This document shows positions 34,564 to 47,910 of a stretch of 63,154 nt of DNA, piece by piece. The position numbers were made by a program, and so were the translations under genes. Positions within the stretch are counted from its first letter, which is position 1. The number at the start of each line of letters is the position of its first letter. The notes under the pieces are model-generated. The model saw only the letters and a program-made list of their open reading frames with translations, was not told the DNA's origin and did no database searches. This DNA is from Octopus bimaculoides (Eukaryota), in NCBI RefSeq assembly GCF_001194135.2, contig NC_068982.1, positions 115,505,428 to 115,568,581 on the forward strand, read 5' to 3'.

Positions 34564-36221
34564 AACACGCATACAATTAATCAATTACTTCAATAGGATT
34601 GTTTATAACTTTAAACTATCTTCATACATCTTATTAAATTTGATAAAATGTATTCTTTAAAACCATTTGTCCAACTGTTTAACTTTTCTGTGACTGTATT
34701 TCTTTTGAAATACATTGCTTTGGTTTCAGTTTTTGGAAATAATGAAGAATTTTGTAAAATAACTTTGTCATTATTAAGCTGGTGTTTGAACATAAATTAA
34801 GATGGAATTCTGATGAAAGGTTTTAAGTTACTTTAAAACAGAAAGTTTGTATTATAAAACCAAAGGTGGTCTCAACTGGGTTGTTATCAAAGGGGTTAAT
34901 TTAGGGATAGATAAATAACTTTGTGTATATGAGTAAATATTTACAACTGCTGTGTAATTGCTTGAATTCAGGTAGAAAGTTACATTACACATTTGAGATA
35001 AAGATCTTTACTAAACTCACCATCTAGTTTCTTGTGATGAATGGTTCGTTTAAATTACATGAATTAAAAAGTGAGTTAGTATAGCTTAAATTAGCTTTTA
35101 ACTATTATTTGAATACTACCAGTAACTGCCAAAATAATTTAGTACTTAATTTTCCTGAAAGGTTCTGACTTCACTGTATACTGATTGTATATATAATTGG
35201 CATTGAATCTCCTCTTACAATTAATGTTAAGTATTGTCTTTTACTATAACCTCTTGGATTGGTCAAAGTTTTGTGAATGGATGTGGTAAATGGAAAATGA
35301 AAGAAATCCATCATGTGTATGTGTTTGTCTCTATACTCTGATATGTGTAAATGAGTCTCTGTCATTTTTCAATCTTACATGTAAACATACCTAACAGGGC
35401 AATATTACCTTGCTTGGAAACTGGAAAGGTTAGGGTTGGTGACAAGAAGGGCAAGCATGGAAAAGTGTAAGTTAAAATGATAACCTGCAGTTTATTATTG
35501 TTCCTGCAAAAGATAAAAATAGCATCCTTTGGATGTGTTACTTGTATTTTGTGAAAATGCATAAAGAGACAAGAATGGTGTGTGTGCATATATGTCTACC
35601 TGGAGTATGAAGTTGAGGCAATATTAAATTAAAATAGCCATCTACATATCATACGTAATGTACATATACTGTTGATAGTCTAGTTACAGCGGTATTTGTA
35701 CTGAGATAACATCTCTTATGGATTGCAGTGTTAAAAGCACAATACATATCAGAGAATAATTGTTTGAGCATGTGGTTGGCTGCAAGTATGTGTCATTGAA
35801 AGGGCCTAAAGAGGCTTAAATGCATCTGACTCTCTTGCTGGCCACTATTGGGATGAATTTTATCTCCTTGATATTTATTGTACAGTAACTAGCCTATTGA
35901 CAATGTATATATATTAAATATGATACATAGATGACTATTTTAATTAAACACTGTTTCAATTGTGTATACTGGATTTTTAATCAGTGGGCTGCTTTTTGCA
36001 ACATGACTGAATGTTTTATTCACTTTTTCATGCATCAGAGATGGTGAATTCTGAGTGCTTGAATATCCCAAAAGGCCGAAATGCACCGGCCACTTTCACT
36101 GGCTGTTGCTGGGATGAATTCTCATCTCTCTCTGGTATTTATTGTTTTTAACACAGCAGATCCTTAGGAAATATCTCAGTTCAATTATTACAGTAACTGG
36201 TCTATTGACAGTGTGTATACA

Positions 36222-36260
<39 letters not shown>

Positions 36261-36299
36261 TATGTCAAACCATTATCTAACATTTATTTATGTCAAAGC

Positions 36300-36760
36300 A
36301 AAGACTACCTTGTGCTCCAGTATCTGCTTTGGCATGGTTTCTGTGGCTGGACACCTTTCTAATGCCAATCACTATACAGCATGTACTAGGTCCTTTTTTT
36401 GTTGCACCAGTACTAGTGAGGTTGGCCCTGCAAGATGAAGATCCTCTTCAACTAAGTGAGGTTACATTTGGTGAGAGAGAAGGGGTCAAAATGGAACTTT
36501 TTTTTTGCTGTAGGGGTATCTACACAGCTACACATTATAGAAGAGAGGGTATGAGTGGTCAGGGTGAAACTAGAAAGATAAAAGTAATGGTGATTGAAGT
36601 GTCAGGTGGCCCCACAAGATAGGTGAGTAGATGTGAGTGGGAACATGAGAAAAAGTGTGGGTGGATAGAGGTTGCAAATGTGTATTGGAAATTGAGAGAT
36701 GATTAGAGATAGGGAATGGGTGAGAAGGTGAATGTTATGAGCAAGTGTTATAGCATTTGA
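36300..36760 (-). mobile_element. Old RTE-derived tail/3'UTR relic
   Basis: gctggacacctttctaatgccaatcac is the reverse complement of the RTE tail motif; purine-rich segment like 4820-4980. Confidence 0.45.
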
Positions 36761-38979
36761 TTTATGATCAACTGTTCTTTAATGGCTTGTATGGTGAACA
36801 TTAGAGAGGTGTGCATTTGCTTTGCTAAGTGCAGTTATGTTTGAATTGTGGATTTAAGATGGGAAACAAATGTTAGTCTATTAGTTAGCCAATTATCATA
36901 ATGACCACTGCTAATGAAAGTTTATATCATTTAACTTATAGGATATAAAAATTAAACCCCCCCCCCAGCAAATATGAATATAAATATTTAAGATACACCA
37001 CTACATACCCCTATAAACCTATCTACATGAAGCAGTACCTATACTAAATACCAATCACTCTTGAAACAGTCTGCCTTGGTTTTAATTGAATAATACATTT
37101 GTTGAGTTTGCATATAAATTAGTCTATATTTGTTGGAATAAAGTTATAGTATTTGTTTAAGAGGTTTGTGCATTTTTAAGGAGGATACAGAATTATCTTC
37201 ACTTGCAATCATTGATTTTAAAATGTATTCCTGATTCAGTTTTATAGAAAAGTAAATGTGTTGTATTCTTTTGCAAACGAATAGTTAGAAATGTTGAAAG
37301 AGTTGTGGAGGTGGATATTTGACCTGTGTGGTAATTATTATAGAGTTGGCAATTTTCCCATTTTACATTGTAAAGTTATAAATTGTATGAGGACTGAATT
37401 ATTGTCAATGGAATGTGTCAACACACTCACACACAATCTTTTTATTGACTGGCATTATTTCAGGCTTCTATAGCTATCAAAAAAGTGTGTCTAAACTGAA
37501 AATTTCATTTTACAAATATTTATGTAGCTGAATGAGTTGTTGGTTTGGTTAATGCTTAAATTGAAGCGTTTTATGTATGGATTGTTTTCTATACTGGACA
37601 TGTAACTATGAAGTGGTGCTGGTGTTTGTAGTGAGATTACTTTAGGAAGTAGAATAGTGTTCATTATATTGTCAGTTATGTTGAGTCTAGCTGGAATGTT
37701 GTGGTTTAGTCCCCCTCCTAGCCCCAGGCCTGCCATAATCATACACACTTAAGACTAAACAATCAGTGACCATCCTGACTTCTTGATATGTGCAGGGAAT
37801 CCAGAACCCACATTATCAACTGCATTCTTTTATAAGACAGTGAGGTATTATTTGAGATTTGGATGCTATTTCTAGCATGTCACACGACCACGTAGAGGCT
37901 CCCTTGCTGGCTTTCTGATTTGAATGCATTTGTTAAACCTGATATTTCATCAACAGAAGAGGTTTTGGTTTTCTAATTGCTCTTTATTCATCATGTTTAT
38001 TTGAAGAGTTTGCAAAAATCCAATGTTCAAATGATTTCTTTAAAGAATCCTTTGTATAACTGACAGTGTTCCTTCAACTCCATTACTCTTGTTATTTTTC
38101 CATGTCTTGAATGATTAATTCTTGATATTTGCTGCTTACAAAACCTTGTGCAGCTTTAAAGGCTTCTATGTAGAATATAGTGTAAATTTTGTTTTAAACA
38201 GAGAATGTTTAATTAGTCAGAGAAGCCTTTTAATGACAATTGATGTCATCTGGTTAGTTCCTATCTTAACTAAATAATTCTTAGAGCTCACAGACAACAG
38301 ATAGTCTTGTATTCAATTGAATTTTCTTTTTCATTCTTTCTTCAATTAAACATCATTATAATTTTTTTTTTTGCACCAATATTTCTCCATTTTTCCATCT
38401 GCTTTTCCATCAAGTAATACTTGAATTGATTTATTTAATTGTAACAACTTTTCAAATTGTTGAAGCATAATTTTTAGTTACGTAATGTTTTTACAGTCAT
38501 TATGATTTCAGCTACTAGGGTAAAATTAATGAAATGTGTTACCTGTTGGTTCAAAATCAAACTACAGTATACTAAAATCAAATTGCAGTAACACTGGCAA
38601 TCTTTGTAATTATGTCCTTATTCTAGTGATTGGTTTGAATGTAGTTAGAAATATTTTTTAGTTTCAGTTAAGAAATTATTGGTTCCTGGGTGGTGTAGTA
38701 GTTCTGACTAGGAAGGATTAAGCAACACTGCATGATTGAGATATGCTACTGGAGCATTAGTCACAGGTGTTTAGTAGCATGAGACCATTTAACAAAAATG
38801 ATTGAAAAGACGATAAATAATTACCATTACTTAGAACAAAAACTTTAGTTTATTGGTTCTTTTACATTGAGACATTTCTATTGATAAGAGAATTTTTCTT
38901 TTTCAATTTTGTAGAAGCATATTATAAATTCTACTATTGAGACTGTAAATTTAGTAGATTGCTTATAATATTTAGCTTA

Positions 38980-39843
38980 TGAGGGAGTACTTGAAGGAAA
39001 TTGGAATTTTGCAATATTATTTTACTCAGTTTTACATGTTTACACTTTTATTGCCTTCAAAGTATTCTCCATTTGAAGCAATGCAGTGATCTAGGCACAT
39101 TTTCCACTATTCAAAGCAGTGCTAGAACTCTTGCAAACTGATAAATTTTAATACCTCTGTTGTTTTTTTTTCTTCACCTCTTCCACATCTGCAAATTCTG
39201 TAGCACCAACTTTCATCACCAGTGATGACCTTTGAAAAAGGTCTGGATCACCTTCCATCTGTTCTTTCAATTCATGACATGCATTCAGTCATGACTGCTT
39301 TTGATCCACTGTGAGCAAACGAAGCACAAATTTTGCTGCAACTCTTTTCATTTGCAATTCCTTACTCAGAATTTATTGGTAGGAGCTCCAGGATACATCA
39401 GTCATATCAAGTTTGCCAATTGTTTGGTGATGGTCCTGCAAGATCAGTTCATGAATTTTCATGATGTTTACATTCATTCAGGAGGTTGACATTGTTCTTC
39501 AAGCAACAAGTGACCATTCCTAAAGCATGGGAACCGCTTTTAAACTTGTGTTTTGCTCATGACAGCATCCGTGTAAGCTGTTTGAAGCATGACAACTGTT
39601 TCAGCCACCATTTTCAACAGCAGAAAACAGAACTTCATGGAAGCATGCTGTTCCTTCATTTCAGCCATCACAAAAATTGACAAAACAAAAATGCACCATG
39701 TGGTAGTGCGACATTAGTTGATGCTGCTAGTCAGCAGACTGATGCCTGAGAGTCATATCAAGTGGCTTCTAGTAGTGGAAACCTGAACTACAACGGGCTT
39801 GTCCCACAGAGAATGTTTCCAGTTATTTTTGGATATCCCCTCA
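38980..39843 (-). mobile_element. Internally deleted mariner
   Basis: TA|TGAGGGAGTAC... and ...GGATATCCCCTCA|TA termini; minus strand FSKVITGDESW. Confidence 0.8.
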
Positions 39844-41019
39844 TATGTTTCAGAAAGAAAAAGCTTGGAGAATTAAGTACTACTTATGTGACTGAGTTCT
39901 GTTTTAACTCGTAGAAATGATTATGCTGATGTACATGTCAGTGAACTGAATGAGTATCACTCTGAGCCCAAACCTTTTCCTAACTTAACTGTTATTAGTC
40001 CTGTGACTGGATGAATTGCTGAGTTGGCTTCAGAGTGATTTAAATATCAGAACATAAGGAAAAGGGTACTTTTCAAATTTAGTGTTATTTAGTTCATGAG
40101 TTTAGTTCACTTGATCTAATACATTTAAAACATGGTTTACTTGAATTCCTTTATTTCCACATGCTCGACCTTCATTTGTTGGAAATCTTAGCTAGAGGTT
40201 ATTATTGAGTGAAGCTTAGGAAAGGAATGTATGAATTGGAAGGTATTACTACCATCCAGTGTAGTTAGGTAAAACAGTTTTATGAGAACTTTATGTTGAT
40301 TACATAAAGCAATTAAAATAATCCAAATTATAATTCAAATTAGCTATTTAGAAAAGGTTTTGTAGAGATATTTGATATATCAAACCGAAATAATTTATTG
40401 AGATGGGAAGGAAGTTTTTTTTATCAGTTTTGAAAGTTATCTTTTATCTTTGCAGCCGTTATTTCAGTCCTGATTTGATAAACTTATAATATCAAAGGCA
40501 TTTCAACTGTTATGATTTTATATATATATTTGTAGCCATCCATCCAAAGCTACATTGCCTAATGTGTGTGCCTTTTTAAGATGGTAGTATCATCTAAGGG
40601 AGACTTGGCTGCTGTATCTCGCAGGTGTAGAAGTTCCCTCATTAGCTCATCTTCACAATTGTTGCTAACCCTTTACTGTTCAGCTTTGAAGTTTCAATGA
40701 TGCAATTGTTTATTTTTAGAATGACATAAGGTAGATCTGAAAGGCTAGATATGACCGGTTTGAATGTAAAATAAGTAAAATATTTGGGTTGGACATAACT
40801 GGTTAAAATGTTAAAGATGAATTGAACAGCCTAACTCCAAAATCTCAAGTATTTCTACATGCATTTGTATGATATTTTTCATGTGTAACAGTGTATATAA
40901 ACTGCAATCCTTAGTTATCTTTTCTAGATTGCAATTTGTTGTGAGCACTTTTACTAGACATTGTTTCCTCTTTGCAATGCTGTACCGGGAGAGTTCTGAT
41001 TGTACAAATTTCTCAGAAG

Positions 41020-41520
41020 AGCGAGACCTATGACAATATGCTCTGTTTGAGAAGACCCATCAAACCAAGTGAAATTGTAGTCATGGCTGATGCTGGTGTC
41101 ACCTAACTGGCACCTGTGCTGGTGGCATGTAAAATGCACCTTTCGAGCATTGGGTTTCATGGAGACAAAGTGGCTGATGGCAGTGGCATGTGAAAAGCTC
41201 CTTTCAAGTGTTGAGCCTCACGGAGGCAATGACAAATGACAGAGACCTTTGGCATTGTTGTGTTTGAGAAGGCCCATCAAACCAAGTAAAACCGCAGTTG
41301 TGGCGCATACTGGTTTCACGCAAATGGCATCCATGCCAGTGGCATGTAAAAGCACCCATTACACTCTTGGAGTGGTTGGCGTTAGGAAGGGCATCCAGCC
41401 GGAGAAACCATGCTAAATCAGACTGGAGTCTGGTGCAGCTTGCCAGCCTTGGTCAAACTGTCCAACCCCTGCCAGCATGGACAGTGGACATTAAAGGATG
41501 ATGATGATGATGATGATGAT
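41020..41520 (+). mobile_element. RTE 3' end with tandemly duplicated ORF-end/UTR unit
   Basis: gtttgagaag(a/g)cccatcaaaccaagt occurs twice ~220 bp apart; standard tail and (GAT)n. Confidence 0.85.
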
Positions 41521-42316
41521 TGGCAAGCTGCCTCATAGTCAGTTCATTTTGCCATATTCTCTTTCTTGCTCACTGACTCATATGTTAACTAAAGTCATTG
41601 ATTTACAACTCGGTTAGGTTGTCACAGCAGTTAGCAACAAGCCTTTGCAGTTGTCTTTTTCCATTTTTTCGCAACAAAGTTTTTATCTCTATTTTGTTAT
41701 CTTAAATGAGATTTAAATGGTTATTGGCACATCTTTGTCCTCTTAAGTAAATTAGCAAAAGATTATATTAATTCTATACTATTTTCAGTTGTATGCCTAT
41801 CTTCACTTTTTTTTCTAGTTCTGCCTAATGATTTCAAAAACCTTTTATATCTGCATTTAATGGTTTCATATTAACTACACGGATTTTATTATGTTTTACA
41901 ACTGTCATTGTTGGATTCAGGGGAAGAGAAAGTTTTATTAGAAAAAAAAATATTATGTATTGTTACCCTAAATGAAGTGTCAAAAAAAAGAAATAAAAAC
42001 AATAAAGAAACAACTTAGTGTTAAATTTCCAGTAAATAGACATGCAGGAACCCTCAGTGATTATGTCTCTGAAATTATGAGATTTTGTTATGGAGGGAAA
42101 AAAAATACTGAACAATTTCAAAATTTCATCTTAAATAATGTAAATGTTTTTGTTATTTAAATCCAACAATTCTAGTAGATGGACAATTGTGTAAACTGTG
42201 CTAGTGTGACAGACTTCTCAATAATGCTGGAATTGATAAAACTGATGAAAAGTATTCTTTTGTTCTTGGTAAGTAATCTAGTAACCTACATTTATTTACT
42301 GTTGCAGTGAATCAAG

Positions 42317-42562
42317 ATGACCGACGTCCAGCCAAGAGAAGTGAAGATTTTGGAGACGGCGGAGGACATTCAGCTACGTCGTGAAGAAGTTATTAGTCGT
42401 TATGGCTTCTTTAGGAATGCCTGTAAGGATCGGAGAGAGCGACTGGAAGACTCTCGACGTTACCAGTTCTTTAAGCGAGATGCTGATGAGTTGGAAAGCT
42501 GGATTTATGAGAAGCTTCAAACAGCATCGGATGAGAACTATAAAGATCCCACCAACTTGCAG
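42317..42562 (+). CDS. SPTAN1: alpha-spectrin coding exon 1 (82 codons; exon starts 42308)
   Basis: ttgcag|TGAATCAAG ATG...TTGCAG|gtaaaa; MTDVQPREV...DPTNLQ. Confidence 0.96.
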
Positions 42563-43669
42563 GTAAAACTTCAGTTATTAATAATTGCGTTCTGTGTAAA
42601 AAAGAAAAATGAAAGGGAGACAGACAAATATAATATTTCAATGTTTTTCCTCATATTTCAAACAATGGCCATTTATAGTTATATTAGTTTTTCTAAAGAT
42701 GTAACCTTTTCACTCTTCTAAACTGGTTTGGTAGGGTTAATTGGGCCAAATAAATGTTGATAAGTATTTATTTTGACTTTTTGTATATATAAACTTCTGA
42801 GAAGTTTAAATATTTCTTGGGTTAAATGTTACGTTTAAATTGAATATATTCTCGAAATATTTAAGCACAAGTTAGTTTGAAGTGTTTATCTAGTTTACAG
42901 TAGCTAGTTATTTAATAATTTCTTTTTAAACATTGCAAGTTTTTGGTTACTTAGCTGATAAAATGGTATTAATTAAACAATATTATTTGTATTACATTTT
43001 TCTCTCAAGGTAAACTTTTCAAATATTTTTTAGCATTTGAAATATTGCAAATAAACCTAAATTCTATTACTTCTGTAATATGTGGTTTCTGGTGCATATT
43101 AAATATTTTAATTTAAAAAAAAATGTTATCTTTCCTTGTAAGTGACATGCAATGTACAGCTAATCTTTGATGGGTAGTCTGTTAAAAGCACTAAACACTT
43201 CAGTATTAGATTGATAAATCTTGTTACATTGTCTTTTTAATTTTTAGAGGGGTTTATGAAATATAAAGCCTTTTAAATTGATAATCTCTCAAAATTATTT
43301 TAGTATCTTTTAAAATCTTTCTAAAAAAAAAAAATGTATTGTAATCTCTATTTCCCAATATATTTTTCTAAAAAGTTCATCTAATTTTCTGTGTAAATTT
43401 TAAAATCCTGTCCATTTTCATTACTTTTATTTAGGCATTCATGTATATTGATCAGTTTTGAAAATATCTTGCAAACATTTTCCAAATTGTATTGACTCCT
43501 TTTTGTTTTTGAATTTAAGAAAATGAAAGTAATTTGCATGAAAACAGATCAACTGTACATTTTTTCTTCGTTAGAATAACTTATATTGATTCTAATAGTA
43601 TTAAAAGAAAATTCTTTTTTTTTTATTCTGTATTTAACACTGTTATTGATATATGCTGCTATTATTCAG

Positions 43670-43795
43670 GCTAAGATCCAGAAACATCAAGCTTTTGAAG
43701 CTGAAGTCGCTGCCCACTCTAATGCTATTGTGACACTGGATAATGCTGGTAAAGAAATGATTGACCAGAACCACTTTGCCTCTCAGACTATTCAG
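43670..43795 (+). CDS. SPTAN1: alpha-spectrin coding exon 2
   Basis: ttcag|GCT...CAG|gtaact; AKIQKHQAFEAEVAAHSNAIVTLDNAGKEMIDQNHFASQTIQ. Confidence 0.96.
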
Positions 43796-44229
43796 GTAAC
43801 TTTATTATTTAGATGTTACCATAAATAAATTGAATGTATAATTGACAGAAAAGGAGACACTAAACTAAAATCTGACTTAGATGTCTTAATAAAAAAGCTC
43901 TTTGCATAGATGAGACTCCAGCTTTATAGAAATAACTCCAATGTTATTCAGTTATTCAAATGATTATATTTAAATAAATAATAAAAAATGCAATATATAA
44001 TGGAAACAAAATCACTTGACAAATGAGAAAATATACTGTATATAATTTGAGTGTTCTGCTATCATTCTTTAGATTAAATATTCAGCTTTCTTACAAATCT
44101 GTTTTCTTAGTTCCAGTATCTTGCCTGGTGGTGTATAATGCCAAATTTTGACGAGTGTGATGTGTGAGGCTACTGCCAATGTAAATGCTAAACTATCACA
44201 ATGTTTACTGAATCAAAATGGCTTAACTC

Positions 44230-45236
44230 ATTGTCCTTGATATTTGTTGATCTGGAGAAAGCCTTTGTCAGGGCACCTCATTTTGTGATCTGGCTGATTC
44301 TGAAGAAGCTAGAGGTAGACAGATGGTATGTTAGAGCCATACAAGTAATGTATAGAGGTACTATCATTTAGGAGAGAGTTTGCAACAAATTTAGCATACA
44401 GGTAGGAATTCACGAGCGTGTGGTTTTCAGTTACTTCCTATTTTAGTATTATCTTCCATGCCATAACAGAAATTTAAGATTGGTTGCCCTTGGGAACTAC
44501 TATATGCTGATGATCTCATCCTTATAGCAGAATCTTTAGCAGAACAGAATAGAAAAGAAATTCCAGGTTTGGAATCAAAGGGCTTTAAAGTTAACATAGC
44601 AAAGACTAAAGATCTAGTTAGCTGGAGAGCAAATAGGGCCCTACTCCATTTCTGGAAAATGGCCCTGCTCAGTATGTAGGAAAGGTGTAGGTAGAAATTC
44701 AATGTGGTGTACTCAGTGCAAGCTATGGACACACAAGAGATGTAGTGGGATGACAGGAAAATTTAACAGAAGTTAAATTTTCTATGTGGTAGATGTGCAG
44801 GAATAATAAACGCATGGGAAATAGATTTTTTTGAATGCCTGGGGGATTTACAAGTGGTAGTAGATAGTTTCTGTTACTTAGGTGACCTAGTTAGCTGTGG
44901 CAATAGATGTATAGCTTAGTTGTTAGAATAAGAACTGGATAGAAAATGTTCAGAGAGCTATTACCTATGTTAGTAACAAAAGTTCTTTCTCTCAGAGTGA
45001 AAGGTAGATTGTATGGTGCTTGTGTATGATCAGCAATGCTACATAGTAGTTAGATGGCCATGAATTCCGAGGACATTCAAAGACTAGAAAAGAATGAAAC
45101 ACCTACTATACGCTGTAATGAGGTTGGCTTTAGGAAGGGCATTCAGTTATAGAAAGCATGCTAAAACAGACACTGAAGTTTGGGTTGACAGATTTTGTTA
45201 AACTATCCAACCCATACCAGCATGGGTAATGATGAT
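44230..45236 (+). mobile_element. Decayed RTE LINE: RT domain (FVDLEKAF, LLYADDL at ~44503), PHD-like insert, tail
   Basis: Translation with frameshifts; tail ggttggctttaggaagggcattcagttatagaaa...caacccataccagcatgg. Confidence 0.9.
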
Positions 45237-45373
45237 TTAACATCATCCTTTTCTATTATTTCTATAAATCCAAAAGTTTATATAGTATTTTTTGTAAAGT
45301 AAGATACTTAAAATATATCTTGATGGTTGCTTAGTGTGTTTTAAAATTATAAAATTCATTTATTTTCCATCAG

Positions 45374-45514
45374 GAACGTCTTGACAAACTACATGAATTG
45401 TGGCCATTGTTGATCAGCAAATTGTCTGAAAAAGGTTTGAAGCTGCAGCAAGCACTACGTCTTGTCCAGTTCATGCGGGAATGTGATGAAGTCATGTTTT
45501 GGATTAATGACAAG
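45374..45514 (+). CDS. SPTAN1: alpha-spectrin coding exon 3
   Basis: catcag|GAA...AAG|gtaaat; ERLDKLHELWPLLISKLSEKGLKLQQALRLVQFMRECDEVMFWINDK. Confidence 0.96.
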
Positions 45515-46671
45515 GTAAATTGTGTTTGTATTATTTTTAAATTATTAGTATTACCATAATAATAATGATAAAATTGAAGGCTCATATCTTGTATTCTTTT
45601 CCAGTTTTATGTCTTTAGTTTTTAAAAATTTATTTTTTAATGCTATTTTACAGTCAACATTTGGAATTCCATTTGTAAATGATTTAAAATTCATGACCTA
45701 AATATTATTTTTAACTCTACATTGTAAAAACCAATTACAAAAAAAGGAAAAAAAAAAGAAAAAAGAAAACAAACTTTTCAAGGAAATATGTAATTGAAAT
45801 TTTTATGTGATGTCTGGTAGAAGGTGTATGAAAGTCTGTCTGTTGGAGGCAAGCTTAGTTTTTAAATTGCAATTCAGATTCTAACATTAATTTCAAATAA
45901 TTGTCTGGATGATGGAAGTGTAAAAGTTAAAAAAAAAATATATAAAAAAAAAAAAAAAAAAGAAATAACTTTAGCTCTGAAGTTTTCTTTTATTCTTTGA
46001 CTTGTTCATTTCAATGTTGACTTTTTTCTAGTATCCTATTGAAAAACTGGTAAGTAGATAGTGTGACATTGCTGAACAAGCTGCTTGTGGCCAAGGGCAT
46101 GCAATGTTCTTGGGAAAGTTGCCTCAGGCCGCTGCTTTTTTTTGTTCTCATTTGAAATTTTAAATTAACTTATAAAACACATGACCAACAAAATGTTCTT
46201 TTTTAAAAAAAGGCGAACAAAAAGTAGTTTGGGTCCCAATATTTGAATTAAATTTACAAAATGTAATATTATTGTAGTGGGAGAAACTTTTTTTTTAATT
46301 AACAGGTCTATTTGTGATTGGATATGAAAATTATATAGCTTTATGACTGTTCATCTTTATTTTTTTTTCATTACTTTCCTTAGTCACTGATATAGAATCT
46401 ATTGGAAATATTCACCCTTATTATGGCATTTTGTTGACCTAAATTTTTTAGCTTACAAAATAGAGTTTTTGTATTATTGAATACTAAAAGAACTGCAGTA
46501 TGATTTTTATGTACTTTTAGGATTACTGTTATCTTGAAGTTATAGAAAAAGAAGTTTCCTCAGTTTATTGTTTAGTTAATAAGGTTAACCCCAAATTAAA
46601 TTTTATATGTATATTTAATTTTCAAAATGATTTAAAGCTATTCCTTCTAGTATTTGAATAATTTGTTTTCA

Positions 46672-47910
46672 TCAGGTCATCAAGAATGAAATGTCCAATT
46701 TTGAACTCTCTTTTGACTGTGGCCATGCTGGAGCAATGCCTTTAGTCGAACAAATTGACCCCAGAACTCATTCTTTGTAAGCCTGGTACTTATTCTATCT
46801 GGCTATTTTGCCAAACTGCTAAGTTACGGGGGCGTAAACACACCAGCATCGGTTGTCAAGCAATGGTAGGGACATACTCATACACACACGATAGGCTTCT
46901 TTCAGTTTCTGTCTACAAATTCACTCACAAGGCTTTGGTCAGCCTGAGGCTATAGTAGAAAACACTTGCCCAAGGTGCCATGCAGTGGGATCGAGCCCGG
47001 AACCATGTGGTTGGGAAGCAAGCTACTTACCACACAGCCACTCCTGCACCTAGAACTGGAAGTTTATTTTACTTTATCTCAACAAAAAGCAATGCATTTA
47101 ATCAAAGTATTCACCTAGGTTACCAACAGAATTTTGCCATTTATCTGTAGCTTATTTATGCCTGCAGTGAAGAATTCTGGAGAGCAAGAGGTGATGAAAT
47201 CATGAAAGGCAGTTTTTGCATCTTCAGATTTGAAGTTTTTTCCTTGCAAAAAGTTGTCTAATGCCTGGAAGACGTGATAGTCAGTTGGTGCAAGAATCCA
47301 TTTTTCATCACCCATAACAATATGATGCAAAAATGTTATTCCGTGACAGCAAAGAACTGAAAGTTTCAAGATGACGTGTCATTTGATGCTCGTTCAGTTT
47401 GTGTGGTACTCATTTGTCCAGCTTCTTTGCTTTGCTGATTTGTTTCAGATGGTCCAATACAGTTAGAATCGAAACATCAAACCTTACTGCTAACTCATGT
47501 GTAGCTTGAGATGTATCTGCTTCCACTACAGTTTCCAGCTCATTATCCACCTTGGTCTCAGGTCTACCACGGGGCTGATTTTCAAGAGTAAAGTCACCAG
47601 ACTGGAATTTCTCAAACCATCAACATACAGTGTGCTCATTCACCACATCTTCAAACACCTCTCTGATGTTTCAAGCTGTCTGGGATGTATTGGTTTCACG
47701 TCATTAGTTTATATTCATAAACATGATTTTTTTTATCTATCCATGGGTGCACAAAAATTGATTTACAAGAGAAAACTCACAATATAACCAGATACCATGA
47801 ATTGCATTTCAGAAAGTGATGTAACTCTTCAATTGTCAGGATAAAACAGAGTTAACGACTGTCAAACTTGGTGCATGAGAAAATCGGATATTTCATTCTT
47901 AATGATGTGA
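46672..47910 (-). mobile_element. Internally deleted mariner (Hsmar1/cecropia-like C-terminus) carrying a SINE
   Basis: ~30-bp TIRs tcaggtcatcaagaatgaaatgtccaatttt / aaaatcggatatttcattcttaatgatgtga|TA; MGDEKWI fused to LAPTDYHVFQALDNFLQGKNF...AGINKL. Confidence 0.85.
46708..47048 (-). mobile_element. Full-length family-1 SINE nested in the mariner
   Basis: Reverse complement gcaggagtggctgtgtggtaagtagcttgcttcccaaccacatggttccgggctcgatccc (A and B boxes); GAACT on both sides. Confidence 0.9.

Noticed and set aside
46975-47048. tRNA gene
   Set aside because: A and B boxes are present, but it continues into SINE body and tail and has several diverged copies, so it is a SINE head.
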